Source: Chitinophagales bacterium
Lineage (GTDB): Bacteria > Bacillota > Syntrophomonadia > Syntrophomonadales > DTU052
DNA: 64,000 nucleotides
Direction of reading: 5' to 3'
Assembly (NCBI GenBank): GCA_050259035.1
Contig: JBLMZW010000188.1
Span: 58,886 to 122,885 of the forward strand
Shown: piece by piece, positions 19,716 through 29,828 of the stretch
Layout of the letters: the number at the start of each line of letters is the position of its first letter
Numbering within the stretch: position 1 is the stretch's first letter
Made by a program: the position numbers and the translations under genes
The notes under the pieces: model-generated
Told to the model about the DNA's origin: nothing
Seen by the model: the letters and a program-made list of their open reading frames with translations, nothing else
Database searches by the model: none

Positions 19716-21125
19716 GTGTACGAAGGACAGAATACGCCGATAGACGGAACTGCCAAGGTATTGGTTTCTAATAACGGAATGGAAGCCTTCTTAATCGTAT
19801 ATCCGCCTAGAAATGGTGGAAATCCGATGTCTTTTGATAACGCGATGCGCATTTTAAGAGAAGCGGGTGTAGTAGAGGGAATAAAGTCCGAAGCCGTAAT
19901 TGAAGCTACAGCTGAAAGTAACTGGGGGAAACAGGTTAGAGTAGCCATTGGGATCTCGGCTAAAGACGGGGAAGACGGTAGAATAGATTACCGCTTTACT
20001 CTTCCGCAGGAAAAAGCAAAATTAGTAGAACTGGAAGATGGAAGAGTTGATTACCGGAATCTTAATTTAATAACCAACGTTCAACAGGGAGAATTATTAG
20101 CGGTTCGAATATTGCCTAAGCTCGGTTCACCCGGAGTCTCTGTTACCGGGAAGCCAATGTTACCCAGGATGGGGAAGAATATTCCCTTACCCCGTGGCAA
20201 AAATACCATGACTGATGATGACGGTAATTACCTTTATGCCAGAGCATGTGGGCATGTATCTATTATTGACGGTAAGGTTAGTGTAGATCAGGTATACGAA
20301 ATAAAAGGTGATGTTGATTACTCATCAGGAAATATAGATTTTGTGGGGAATGTACACGTAAGGGGAAATGTAACGTCGGGCTTTGAGGTAAAAGCTGGGG
20401 GGGATATTCAAGTAGATGGCATTATCGAAGCGGCCCGACTTGAGGCAGCTGGGGATGTCCTGGTTAAGAACGGTGTTGCTGGTGGACATAAGGCCGTTGT
20501 TCGAGCCGGAGGCAGCATCTATGCCAGATTTATTGAAAATGCGTTAATAGAAGCCATAAACAGTATTATAGTTTCTGACGCTATTGTACAATCAACTATT
20601 CGGGCAGGAGAATATATTAAGGTCGAAGGTAAGAAGGGAACTATAGTAGGAGGGTTTTTACAGGCGAGCGAAGAGATTACTGCCAAAGTAATTGGTTCTA
20701 ATCTTTCACCTCAAACAGTACTCGAGGTAGGAGTAAATCCACAACTTAGGGAAGAATACCGCACCGTATTTCAACTTCACCAGGAAAAAAGAAGAAGTTT
20801 TGAGGCCTTAAGCCAACAGATTCAGGTTTATCAGAAATCAGCTTTATCCACTGATTTACCGGAAAAGAAGAAATTGGCTATTATAAAATTACTTGAAGAT
20901 TACAAGGTTATAAAAGATGAATTACGTCATTTAGAACAACGCAAAGACGAGATTGAAAACGAATTAAGCCGTATGCAACGCGGTTGTGTAAAGGTTTTTG
21001 ATATAATCTATCCCGGTGTCCAAATAATTATAGGCCAAGCCATATACACTGTTAATGATCCGATTAAGTTTGCTATGTTTGTCCTGGATCAAGGAGACAT
21101 CAGGGTGGGAACATACAGAACCTGA
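19716..21125 (+). CDS. DUF342/FapA-like protein (flagellar assembly protein A family)
   Basis: 469 aa. It has an N-terminal 'VLVSNNGMEAFLIVYPP' module, a central beta-helix-like G-rich repeat region (GNIDFVGNVHVRGNV..GGDIQVDG..AGDVLVKNGVAGG) and a C-terminal coiled coil, which is the typical DUF342 layout. Confidence 0.7.
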   Translation: MYEGQNTPIDGTAKVLVSNNGMEAFLIVYPPRNGGNPMSFDNAMRILREAGVVEGIKSEAVIEATAESNWGKQVRVAIGISAKDGEDGRIDYRFTLPQEKAKLVELEDGRVDYRNLNLITNVQQGELLAVRILPKLGSPGVSVTGKPMLPRMGKNIPLPRGKNTMTDDDGNYLYARACGHVSIIDGKVSVDQVYEIKGDVDYSSGNIDFVGNVHVRGNVTSGFEVKAGGDIQVDGIIEAARLEAAGDVLVKNGVAGGHKAVVRAGGSIYARFIENALIEAINSIIVSDAIVQSTIRAGEYIKVEGKKGTIVGGFLQASEEITAKVIGSNLSPQTVLEVGVNPQLREEYRTVFQLHQEKRRSFEALSQQIQVYQKSALSTDLPEKKKLAIIKLLEDYKVIKDELRHLEQRKDEIENELSRMQRGCVKVFDIIYPGVQIIIGQAIYTVNDPIKFAMFVLDQGDIRVGTYRT

Positions 21126-21139
21126 ACGGGGGATGCCCA

Positions 21140-21472
21140 ATGACAATTAGAACTGTTGATATGCAGGTTCTAATTCCTAAAGTAAGCGATGTTTCAAAGG
21201 TTCAACAGATCCACCAACAAGAAAACAATGCTCGACAGCAGGAATTCGCTTCTCACATGAATCAGAAGGCAGTAAAGATAGAGACTACGGTTAATCGGTC
21301 TGCAGAAGATGCAGCAGTTTTGATTCGTGAAAAACAAGAACGTGAAAAAAGACAAAATAATAAAGAAAAAAAAGAAGGAAGTAGCGAATCTAAGGAGAAT
21401 AATGAAACAAGTAAGCCATTAGCTGAACCCCGGGGCCATTTATCAGGGAATTCCATTGATATAATAATATGA
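21140..21472 (+). CDS. Hypothetical 110-aa protein with a K/E-rich C-terminal half
   Basis: It has a good RBS (CGGGGGA 7 nt upstream) and is packed 14 nt after the DUF342 gene. I recognise no motif. Confidence 0.5.
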   Translation: MTIRTVDMQVLIPKVSDVSKVQQIHQQENNARQQEFASHMNQKAVKIETTVNRSAEDAAVLIREKQEREKRQNNKEKKEGSSESKENNETSKPLAEPRGHLSGNSIDIII

Positions 21473-21480
21473 GGTGAGTT

Positions 21481-21954
21481 ATGGCAGCCTATTTATTGTT
21501 AATAGTAATGGCTGTTGTTTTGCTTTTTACTGCTATCTACAGTATTGTTAGCCGCGAACGTTTTAACAAAGAATTCGGACAGGAGTTGAGAACACTCCTG
21601 GATGAAGCTGTGATAATCAGAAAAGATTTAGATGCAGTTATAGAAAATGCGGTTATGGTTTCTGATTCTATGATTGAGAAACTCGATCAACGTATGGAAA
21701 AATTACAAGAACTTACGTCCGATCAGGGTTGGGAAAATATAAAAATCGGAAAAGGATATCAGAAAGAAGGCCTCAGAACTAAAAAGAAAACACTTAATTT
21801 AGAGGAATTACGACGAGCACACCCCTACATTATAATACCCAGACTATATAATGAAGGGTGGCAGGTTTCTGAAATAGCAGAGGTTTTAGATCGAAGTCAA
21901 AATGAAGTAAGACTGATACTTGATATAGAAACAAGACGAAGGGTTGGCGGCTAG
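21481..21954 (+). CDS. Hypothetical membrane-anchored protein with a C-terminal HTH-like segment
   Basis: N-terminal TM helix (AAYLLLIVMAVVLLFTAIYSIV), a central coiled-coil-like region, and a C-terminal LYNEGWQVSEIAEVLDRSQNEVRLILDI that resembles a sigma region 4/LuxR-type helix-turn-helix. Confidence 0.55.
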   Translation: MAAYLLLIVMAVVLLFTAIYSIVSRERFNKEFGQELRTLLDEAVIIRKDLDAVIENAVMVSDSMIEKLDQRMEKLQELTSDQGWENIKIGKGYQKEGLRTKKKTLNLEELRRAHPYIIIPRLYNEGWQVSEIAEVLDRSQNEVRLILDIETRRRVGG

Positions 21955-21959
21955 AGTGG

Positions 21960-21989
21960 TTGCAAACCCTTTTATTATTATGATATACT
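21960..21989 (+). promoter_or_regulatory. Candidate sigma-A promoter for rpsB-tsf (TTGCAA-N18-TGaTATACT)
   Basis: The -35 TTGCAA is at 21960-21965 and the extended -10 TGATATACT ends at 21989, about 105 nt upstream of rpsB. Confidence 0.4.
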
Positions 21990-22095
21990 TACCATTGGCA
22001 AAAAAACGACACACGTCATTTGACCCTTAAGAGGGTGCTTTTTAGTCTTTTGAGGGAATGATGGTGGCGGAGGATTAAACCAGGAGGTGTATTGA

Positions 22096-22794
22096 ATGTC
22101 GGTTGTTACTATGAAACAACTGCTTGAAGCTGGCGTTCACTTTGGACATCAGACCAGGCGGTGGAATCCCAAAATGGCTCCGTATATATATATGGAGCGT
22201 AACGGTATCTATATTATAGACTTGCAGCAAACCGTTAAAAGATTTGATGAAGCCTACTCATTTATCAAACAGGTTGCTGAAGAAGGAAAGAGCATTCTTT
22301 TCGTCGGTACAAAGAAGCAAGCTCAAGAAACGGTCAAGGAAGAAGCCTCAAGATGCAGCATGCACTTTGTGAACCAGAGATGGTTGGGCGGCATGCTTAC
22401 CAACTATAAGACTATTCGGAGGCGTGCTCTTCGATTAAAAGAGCTTGAGAAGATGGAACAGGATCGGGCATGGGATGTCCTACCTAAAAAAGAAGTATCC
22501 CGCTTGAAAGGCGAAAAGGAAAGATTAGAGCGATTCCTTGGTGGAATTAAGGATATGGATGAGTTGCCAGGTGCTATGTTCGTTGTTGATCCAAGGAAGG
22601 AAAGAATAGCAGTCGCTGAAGCCCGGAAGTTAGGGATACCTGTGGTAGGTATAGTAGATACTAATTGTGATCCTGATGAAATTGATTATGTAATTCCCGG
22701 AAATGACGATGCTATAAGAGCCGTTAAGCTTTTATGTAGTAGAATCGCAGATGCGGTTCTGGAGTCCAGGCAAGGCGAACAAGTAGTAGAGTAA
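22096..22794 (+). CDS. rpsB: 30S ribosomal protein S2
   Basis: [22 protein letters not shown], and AGGAGG upstream. Confidence 0.95.
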   Translation: MSVVTMKQLLEAGVHFGHQTRRWNPKMAPYIYMERNGIYIIDLQQTVKRFDEAYSFIKQVAEEGKSILFVGTKKQAQETVKEEASRCSMHFVNQRWLGGMLTNYKTIRRRALRLKELEKMEQDRAWDVLPKKEVSRLKGEKERLERFLGGIKDMDELPGAMFVVDPRKERIAVAEARKLGIPVVGIVDTNCDPDEIDYVIPGNDDAIRAVKLLCSRIADAVLESRQGEQVVE

Positions 22795-22804
22795 ATGCAA
22801 GAAA

Positions 22805-22834
22805 GGTGAGCGAGTTAGTCTTGGTCACCTTTTT
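22805..22834 (+). terminator. Terminator-like hairpin between rpsB and tsf (probable attenuator)
   Basis: Stem GGTGAgC ... GgTCACC followed by TTTTT, located 10 nt after the rpsB stop and 25 nt before the tsf start. Confidence 0.4.
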
Positions 22835-22858
22835 CAACAGATAAGGAGGTTAAAGCAG

Positions 22859-23464
22859 GTGGTTACAGCTACCATGGTAAAGGAACTCCGTGAAAGAACC
22901 GGAGTTGGAATGATGGATTGCAAACAAGCTTTGGTAGAAGCTAATGGAGATGTAGAAAAGGCTATAGAAGTGCTTAGGACAAAGGGATTGGCAAAGGCTG
23001 CTAAAAAAGCAGGTCGAATTGCCAGTGAAGGGGTAGTCGAATCATATATCCATATGGGTGGGAGAATTGGTGTACTGGTTGAGGTGAATTGTGAAACCGA
23101 TTTCGTTGGCAAGACTAACGAATTTCATACTCTTTGTAAGGATATAGCTATGCAGATTGCGGCATCTCGTCCAGCCTATGTGAACCGCGATGAAGTACCC
23201 ATATCCGTATTGGAAAAGGAGAAAGAGATTTTAAGGCAACAAGCCTTAAACGAAGGCAAACCTGAAAAGATTATTGACAAGATGGTCGAAGGGCGAATTG
23301 ATAAATTCTTTAAGGAGAACTGTCTGTTAGAACAAGCATTCATTAAAGATACAGATAAATCGGTTTTGGACGTTGTAAACGAGAATATCATGAAGCTAGG
23401 CGAGAATATCGCTGTCAGAAGATTTGCCCGCTTTGAAGTAGGAGAAGGCATGGAGAAAGAATAG
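22859..23464 (+). CDS. tsf: Elongation factor Ts (short form)
   Basis: [35 protein letters not shown] is the UBA-like N-domain. GTG start with AAGGAGG upstream. Confidence 0.9.
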   Translation: MVTATMVKELRERTGVGMMDCKQALVEANGDVEKAIEVLRTKGLAKAAKKAGRIASEGVVESYIHMGGRIGVLVEVNCETDFVGKTNEFHTLCKDIAMQIAASRPAYVNRDEVPISVLEKEKEILRQQALNEGKPEKIIDKMVEGRIDKFFKENCLLEQAFIKDTDKSVLDVVNENIMKLGENIAVRRFARFEVGEGMEKE

Positions 23465-23484
23465 CAATACTTCCATAGTCATAA

Positions 23485-24234
<750 letters not shown>

Positions 24235-24240
24235 GTCTTA

Positions 24241-24798
24241 GTGGCTAAGCAACTGATTGAAGATAGTGAAAATCGGATGAAAAAGGCAATTGAACACCTT
24301 ATTAAAGATTTTGCCTCGTTAAGGGCAGGCCGTGCAAATCCTGGTATGTTGGACAAGGTGCTGGTAGATTATTACGGTACTCCTACCCCAATTAATCAAT
24401 TAGGCAACATTGGCGTTCCTGAACCTCGCCTATTAGTGATTCAGCCGTGGGATAAGAGTTCTATTGCTGACATCGAAAGAGCTATTATGAAATCAGATCT
24501 AGGAGTTAATCCTACAAACGATGGAAATGTCATTAGAATAGCCATACCTGCGTTGACCGAGGAACGCAGAAAAGAGATGGTTAAGGTTGTGCATAAACGG
24601 GCTGAGGAAGCCAAGGTAGCAGTTAGAAATATTAGGCGTGAGGCTAATGATGGCCTAAAAACCAAGGAAAAAGGCGGGGAAATCTCGGAAGACGAATCTA
24701 AAAAGAAGCTGGACGAGGTGCAGAAAATTACTGACAACTACATAAAGGAAATCGACAAGATAGTCCAGGGTAAGGAAAAAGATATTCTTGAAGTCTAG
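24241..24798 (+). CDS. frr: Ribosome recycling factor
   Basis: [12 protein letters not shown] plus 185 aa of typical Frr sequence. Confidence 0.9.
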   Translation: MAKQLIEDSENRMKKAIEHLIKDFASLRAGRANPGMLDKVLVDYYGTPTPINQLGNIGVPEPRLLVIQPWDKSSIADIERAIMKSDLGVNPTNDGNVIRIAIPALTEERRKEMVKVVHKRAEEAKVAVRNIRREANDGLKTKEKGGEISEDESKKKLDEVQKITDNYIKEIDKIVQGKEKDILEV

Positions 24799-24850
24799 TT
24801 GATTGCATATTTTGGATATCATTTAGTCTGGTTTGTTGTACGGAGTTTAA

Positions 24851-24881
24851 TAACCCCCTTGGAGGGGGTTATCTGCTTTTT
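24851..24881 (+). terminator. Intrinsic terminator after frr
   Basis: TAACCCCC-TTGGA-GGGGGTTA followed by TCTGCTTTTT. Confidence 0.6.
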
Positions 24882-24902
24882 GGTTTATAGGGAGGGTATT
24901 GG

Positions 24903-25655
24903 TTGGATAAAAAGAGCAAAAAAGTTTCCGAACTTGATCCAAACAAGATGCCCCGGCATATAGCCATTATTTTAGATGGGAACGGACGCTGGGCCAAGAA
25001 AAGGTTATTGCCTCGTCAACTAGGACATCGCGCCGGAATTCAGGCCTTACGAAGAACAGTTGAGGCGGTAGATGAACTAGGGATCCCCATTCTAACCGTA
25101 TTTGCTTTTTCAACCGAGAATTGGAAACGTCCTCTGGATGAGGTTCAATATCTTATGAGCTTGCTTCTGGAATTTGTTGATTCTGAGTTGCGAGACCTTC
25201 ATAAAAACAATGTTAAGGTAAATCTTCTCGGAAACATTACACAACTGGCTCCATTGATTCAGGAAAAATTGATAAAAGCCACGGAACTGACTATTAATAA
25301 TAAAGGACTTATATTAAATATCTGTATTAATTATGGTGGTAGGGCTGAAATACTTCAGGCTACTCGTAAAATAGCAGTAGATGTACGTGATGGAAAACTT
25401 GATCCTGAACAAATAGATGAAGGGTTATTTAATTCTCGTCTATACACGGTTGGAATTTCAGATCCAGATTTGCTTATTCGGACCGCCGGTGAAATGCGTT
25501 TAAGTAACTTCTTACTCTGGCAAATAGCTTATGCCGAGATATGGGTTACTGATGTATTTTGGCCCGATTTTAACAAGTCAATACTTTTAAAAGCCATATC
25601 AGACTATCAAAAAAGAGACCGCAGGTTCGGTGCTTTATCTAAAGACGATAGTTAG
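24903..25655 (+). CDS. uppS: Undecaprenyl diphosphate synthase
   Basis: HIAIILDGNGRWA and RTAGEMRLSNFLLWQ motifs. TTG start with GGGAGGG upstream. Confidence 0.9.
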   Translation: MDKKSKKVSELDPNKMPRHIAIILDGNGRWAKKRLLPRQLGHRAGIQALRRTVEAVDELGIPILTVFAFSTENWKRPLDEVQYLMSLLLEFVDSELRDLHKNNVKVNLLGNITQLAPLIQEKLIKATELTINNKGLILNICINYGGRAEILQATRKIAVDVRDGKLDPEQIDEGLFNSRLYTVGISDPDLLIRTAGEMRLSNFLLWQIAYAEIWVTDVFWPDFNKSILLKAISDYQKRDRRFGALSKDDS

Positions 25656-25694
25656 AACCGGTGTAATATTAATCGTACCCGGAAGAGGTGCTTT

Positions 25695-26471
25695 ATGCTT
25701 AGGACCAGAATAATATCGGCGATAATCGGTATTCCACTGCTGTTACTTTTGACCTGGGTTGGTGGTACTTGCTGGCTTGTTTTAAGTGGCATTTTAGCAC
25801 TTGGTGGTTTAATTGAGATATATCGTGGTGCATCTAATTTGGGTCAAAAGCCTCTGTGGATTCCTGGTTTGCTGTTAACTTTGTGGGCCTTTCTTTTGCC
25901 TTACAAATTGGAATTGGATGAGATCACTTTGGCTGTCATCATTGTAATCACCGTAATTATTGTGGTTTTATCTTATCCTCGATACCATATACTTGATATA
26001 GCGATTACTTGGACCGGGGCCATATTTATGGGTCTGTTTATGGGCTATATATCACTACTGGGTTCATTTCCCGACCATTTTAGGGTTTTATTGATGACGT
26101 TTTTACTCACCTGGTCAGGAGATACTGGGGCCTATTTCGTTGGAACCTGGTGGGGTAAAAATAAATTGTCACCTGAATTGAGCCCGGGAAAAACATGGGA
26201 AGGTTTAGCTGGAGGCATGATATTAACCATGATTGTCGCGCAATTTGGGGTTTATTTAATTCCAGGTTATAATGCGGCTGAATACGCTATAATCGGATTA
26301 GGGGCAGGGTTACTTGGAGCAGCAGGGGATTTATTCGCTTCTGCAATAAAACGAGGATTCGGTATAAAAGATTTTGGACATATAATACCAGGTCACGGGG
26401 GAATAATGGATCGATTTGATAGTTTCATATTGGTAGCCCCACTAATATATTACCTGGCGAGAGGTGTTTAG
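25695..26471 (+). CDS. cdsA: Phosphatidate cytidylyltransferase
   Basis: SGDTGAYFVG and KRGFGIKDFGHIIPGHGGIMDRFDS. Confidence 0.85.
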   Translation: MLRTRIISAIIGIPLLLLLTWVGGTCWLVLSGILALGGLIEIYRGASNLGQKPLWIPGLLLTLWAFLLPYKLELDEITLAVIIVITVIIVVLSYPRYHILDIAITWTGAIFMGLFMGYISLLGSFPDHFRVLLMTFLLTWSGDTGAYFVGTWWGKNKLSPELSPGKTWEGLAGGMILTMIVAQFGVYLIPGYNAAEYAIIGLGAGLLGAAGDLFASAIKRGFGIKDFGHIIPGHGGIMDRFDSFILVAPLIYYLARGV

Positions 26472-27590
26472 ATGGATCCTGAATTACAACGTTTTGTTAA
26501 AACTCTGGTTAGGATGACAATAGCGGTTCTTGCTCTGATCGCTGTTTACTTACTATTTATATACGTGTTCCCCATAATCGGGGACATATTAACAGCAATT
26601 CCAAATTACATTATGCCGTTCTTGATAGCCATTTTATTTGCAATTCTACTGGAACCAATTATTCGATTCTTTCAAAAGAAATTAAAATTAGGCCGCGGGT
26701 TGTCAACGCTCTTAAGTATGGTATTGGGCCTAAGTATAATTGCTTTTTTAGCTACTGCTGTGATTTCCCGGTTAATAACTGAGCTTGTTAATCTATATAA
26801 ACTGGTATCAATTCGCTCAACCGATTTGGCTAATATTGTGACAGAGGGAATGAACCGGGTTCATTTATTCTACATACGTTTAAACCTTCCACAGAATGTT
26901 GAGGATAGCCTACAATCTAACTTGTATAACGTATTGGGAGGACTAGAACAATACATTGGGGGGGCGGTCAATTCACTCTCTAAGTTTATTGCGGGAATTC
27001 CCGGATTGTTTATTTTGCTTGTGATCACAACGGTGGCAACTTATTTTATCGCCAAGGAACGCCAAGTAATATACAAAGCATTTATGGACTTTTTGCCGGA
27101 CAGTTGGCAGGGAAAAACTCGTGATATAATATCTGATTTGATAAACGCATTTACAGGTTTTATCAAGGCAGAAACTATTCTAGTTTCAATCACCGGAATT
27201 CAAACAATAATTGGTCTTAAGATTCTGGGAGTGGAATACGCCTTGACTATTGGGATTTTAACCGGGCTTTTGGATATAATGCCCGTAGTGGGTCCGGGTG
27301 CGATAATGGTGCCATGGATAATATGGGAGTTCTTTATTGGGCGAACCGGATTTGCGATTGGGCTCCTAATTTTATACATTATCGTAACAGTAGTTCGGCA
27401 GATTTTAGAACCAAGAATATTGGGAGACAATCTAGGCTTGCACCCCTTGGCTACTCTGTTTTCACTGTATGTGGGGATGAAAGCGGCAGGAGCTATCGGA
27501 GTTGTATTAGGACCGATAGCATTAATCCTATTCCTGGCTTGCCGCCGCGCAGGCGTATTTGAGGGAATATCGTTAAAGAAGGCAGATTAA
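26472..27590 (+). CDS. AI-2E family transporter (YtvI-like sporulation integral membrane protein)
   Basis: 372-aa polytopic membrane protein with the AI-2E/PerM-type C-terminal core (LLDIMPVVGPGAIMVPW ... ILEPRILGDNLGLHPLATL). Confidence 0.7.
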   Translation: MDPELQRFVKTLVRMTIAVLALIAVYLLFIYVFPIIGDILTAIPNYIMPFLIAILFAILLEPIIRFFQKKLKLGRGLSTLLSMVLGLSIIAFLATAVISRLITELVNLYKLVSIRSTDLANIVTEGMNRVHLFYIRLNLPQNVEDSLQSNLYNVLGGLEQYIGGAVNSLSKFIAGIPGLFILLVITTVATYFIAKERQVIYKAFMDFLPDSWQGKTRDIISDLINAFTGFIKAETILVSITGIQTIIGLKILGVEYALTIGILTGLLDIMPVVGPGAIMVPWIIWEFFIGRTGFAIGLLILYIIVTVVRQILEPRILGDNLGLHPLATLFSLYVGMKAAGAIGVVLGPIALILFLACRRAGVFEGISLKKAD

Positions 27591-27592
27591 TT

Positions 27593-28741
27593 TTGAAGAA
27601 AAAAATATCTATAATAGGATCTACAGGCTCTATCGGCAGACAAGCAATTGACGTTGTAAGGCAAAACCCGGACTCGTTAGAAATAGTTGCTTTAGCGGCT
27701 GGAGGAAATGCTCGACTTTTAGCTGAACAAGCGAGAGAATTCGGCGCACGTTATGCGGTGGTGGCAGATGAACGCAGCTATAATGAGCTAGTGGATTCAT
27801 GCGAATGCTGGACTGGACAGGGCGCGGAAGCAATAGGCGAGATAGCCTCCCTTCCAGAAACCGACCAAGTCTTAATAGCTGTAAGCGGAGCAGCGGGTAT
27901 TAATCCCACATTAAAAGCGGCAGAAGCAGGGAAGATGATTGCTTTGGCCAACAAAGAAAGTCTGGTTGCGGCCGGAGAAGTAATTATGCCCTTGATTGCC
28001 AAAACTGGAGCTCAATTGATTCCCGTAGATTCTGAGCATTCAGCCATTTTTCAATGTCTGCGTGATGAAATCAGATTTGCTCAACATATTTGGCTAACGG
28101 CTTCAGGCGGTCCTTTCCGTGGCTGGAAAGAAGAGGAGCTAAAACTGGTTACACCGGAAATGGCCCTAAAACACCCTAACTGGCAGATGGGACCGAAGAT
28201 AACTGTTGATTCTGCCAGCCTAATGAATAAAGGACTGGAGGTAATTGAGGCCTTTCATCTTTTTAGAACAAGCTATGATAATATTAAAGTAGTCATTCAT
28301 CCACAGAGTATAGTACATTCTATGGTTGAATTTATTGATGGATCGTTTTTAGCACATTTAGGGGTTCCTGATATGAGAATTCCGATACAGTATGCATTTA
28401 GCTATCCGGAACGCTGGGCGGCGCCCGTTGCTCAATTGGATCCGTTAGCAATTGGCAGCCTGGACTTCATTAAACCAGATATGGCCAATTTCCCATGCTT
28501 GGAAATTGCCATAGAGGCAGGACGCAGGGGCGGAACAGCACCAGCGGTAATGAATGCAGCCAATGAAGTTGCGGTTGAAAGATTCCTTCGCGGGGAAATC
28601 AAATTCACCAGGATACCTGATATAATTGCCATGGTGTTAGACAAACACAAAATACGGTATGCCCCAGATTTATCTGACATCATAAATGCAGATAATTGGT
28701 CACGGGAAGTGACAAGTTCTATAGCAGATGAATTGAGGTGA
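27593..28741 (+). CDS. dxr: 1-deoxy-D-xylulose 5-phosphate reductoisomerase
   Basis: ISIIGSTGSIG, LANKESLV and DSEHSAIFQC. Confidence 0.9.
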   Translation: MKKKISIIGSTGSIGRQAIDVVRQNPDSLEIVALAAGGNARLLAEQAREFGARYAVVADERSYNELVDSCECWTGQGAEAIGEIASLPETDQVLIAVSGAAGINPTLKAAEAGKMIALANKESLVAAGEVIMPLIAKTGAQLIPVDSEHSAIFQCLRDEIRFAQHIWLTASGGPFRGWKEEELKLVTPEMALKHPNWQMGPKITVDSASLMNKGLEVIEAFHLFRTSYDNIKVVIHPQSIVHSMVEFIDGSFLAHLGVPDMRIPIQYAFSYPERWAAPVAQLDPLAIGSLDFIKPDMANFPCLEIAIEAGRRGGTAPAVMNAANEVAVERFLRGEIKFTRIPDIIAMVLDKHKIRYAPDLSDIINADNWSREVTSSIADELR

Positions 28742-28750
28742 AGTTGAACT

Positions 28751-29827
28751 TTGAGTATTATTGTGGCACTGATTGTTCTGATAGTTTTGATTGTTATACA
28801 CGAAGCCGGTCACTTCTGGGCGGCCCGGAGTGTTGGTTGCGATGTCTATGAATTCAGTTTGGGCTTTGGACCTTTAATTGCCCGTTGGGGGGGCAAAAAA
28901 CCTGAAAAAGGTGAAGACGATACCGAAGAAAAAAGGAACTCTGAAACCCAGTACTCATTGAGACTGTTTCCGATCGGTGGATATGTGCAAATAGCAGGAA
29001 TGGAACCTGGAGATGATAATCCTAACGGCTACAATTACAAAACTCCGTGGCAAAAGATTAAAATATCCGGTGCCGGACCAGTCATGAACTTTGTTCTGGC
29101 GGTAGTACTTTTTATAACGATATATACTTTTATCGGGGTTGCTCAAAAGGTACCTACTCCGACGGTTGGTCAAGTGGTAGCTGGTAAGCCAGCTGCACAT
29201 GCCGGTTTAATGGCAGGAGATAGAATATTAAAAATTGACGGTGTTAAAATCAGTACTTGGGACCAAATGGTTCAAAAATTAAAGAAATCGCCTCGGGGGC
29301 ATGAACTTCAATTGACAGTTAAGCGGGGCAAAAAAACTTTTACTACATCAGTCATGCCTGAGTATGATAAGTCCAGAAAAACAAACATGCTGGGTATAAC
29401 TTCGGATGTTAAGTATAAGAGACAGGGATTATGGCAGGGGATAAAATATGGCTTTGTTGATACCTATAGAATAACTAAGGAACTATTAAAGGGATTTATA
29501 ATGGTGATTACAGGACAGGTTTCTACCCGTTCATTATCGGGCCCGGTAGGGATAGTAAAGCTTATTGGAGATGCTGCTCAGGGTGGATTAGTCTATTTGC
29601 TGAATCTGACTGCAATTTTGAGTATCAACTTAGGTATATTTAACTTGATTCCATTTCCCGCTCTGGATGGAAGCCGTATAATATTTGCGGGCATAGAGTC
29701 AGTAAGAGGAAAGCCGGTTGAACCAGAAAAGGAAAATATGATTCACCTTGTGGGCTTTGTAGTGCTTTTATCCCTTATTGTATTAGTTACCTATAATGAT
29801 ATTGTGAACATCTTCCGGGGTGGATAG
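28751..29827 (+). CDS. rseP: Site-2 (M50) zinc metalloprotease RseP/RasP
   Basis: HEAGHF zinc motif, a PDZ segment (GKPAAHAGLMAGDRILKIDG) and NLIPFPALDG. Confidence 0.85.
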   Translation: MSIIVALIVLIVLIVIHEAGHFWAARSVGCDVYEFSLGFGPLIARWGGKKPEKGEDDTEEKRNSETQYSLRLFPIGGYVQIAGMEPGDDNPNGYNYKTPWQKIKISGAGPVMNFVLAVVLFITIYTFIGVAQKVPTPTVGQVVAGKPAAHAGLMAGDRILKIDGVKISTWDQMVQKLKKSPRGHELQLTVKRGKKTFTTSVMPEYDKSRKTNMLGITSDVKYKRQGLWQGIKYGFVDTYRITKELLKGFIMVITGQVSTRSLSGPVGIVKLIGDAAQGGLVYLLNLTAILSINLGIFNLIPFPALDGSRIIFAGIESVRGKPVEPEKENMIHLVGFVVLLSLIVLVTYNDIVNIFRGG

Positions 29828-29828
29828 G

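Noticed and set aside
22023-22045. Small hairpin plus T-run (ACCCT-TAAG-AGGGT GCTTTTT) in the rpsB leader, considered as a leader attenuator.
   Set aside because: The stem is only 5 bp and the predicted stability is too low to claim a terminator or an r-protein leader motif without comparative data.
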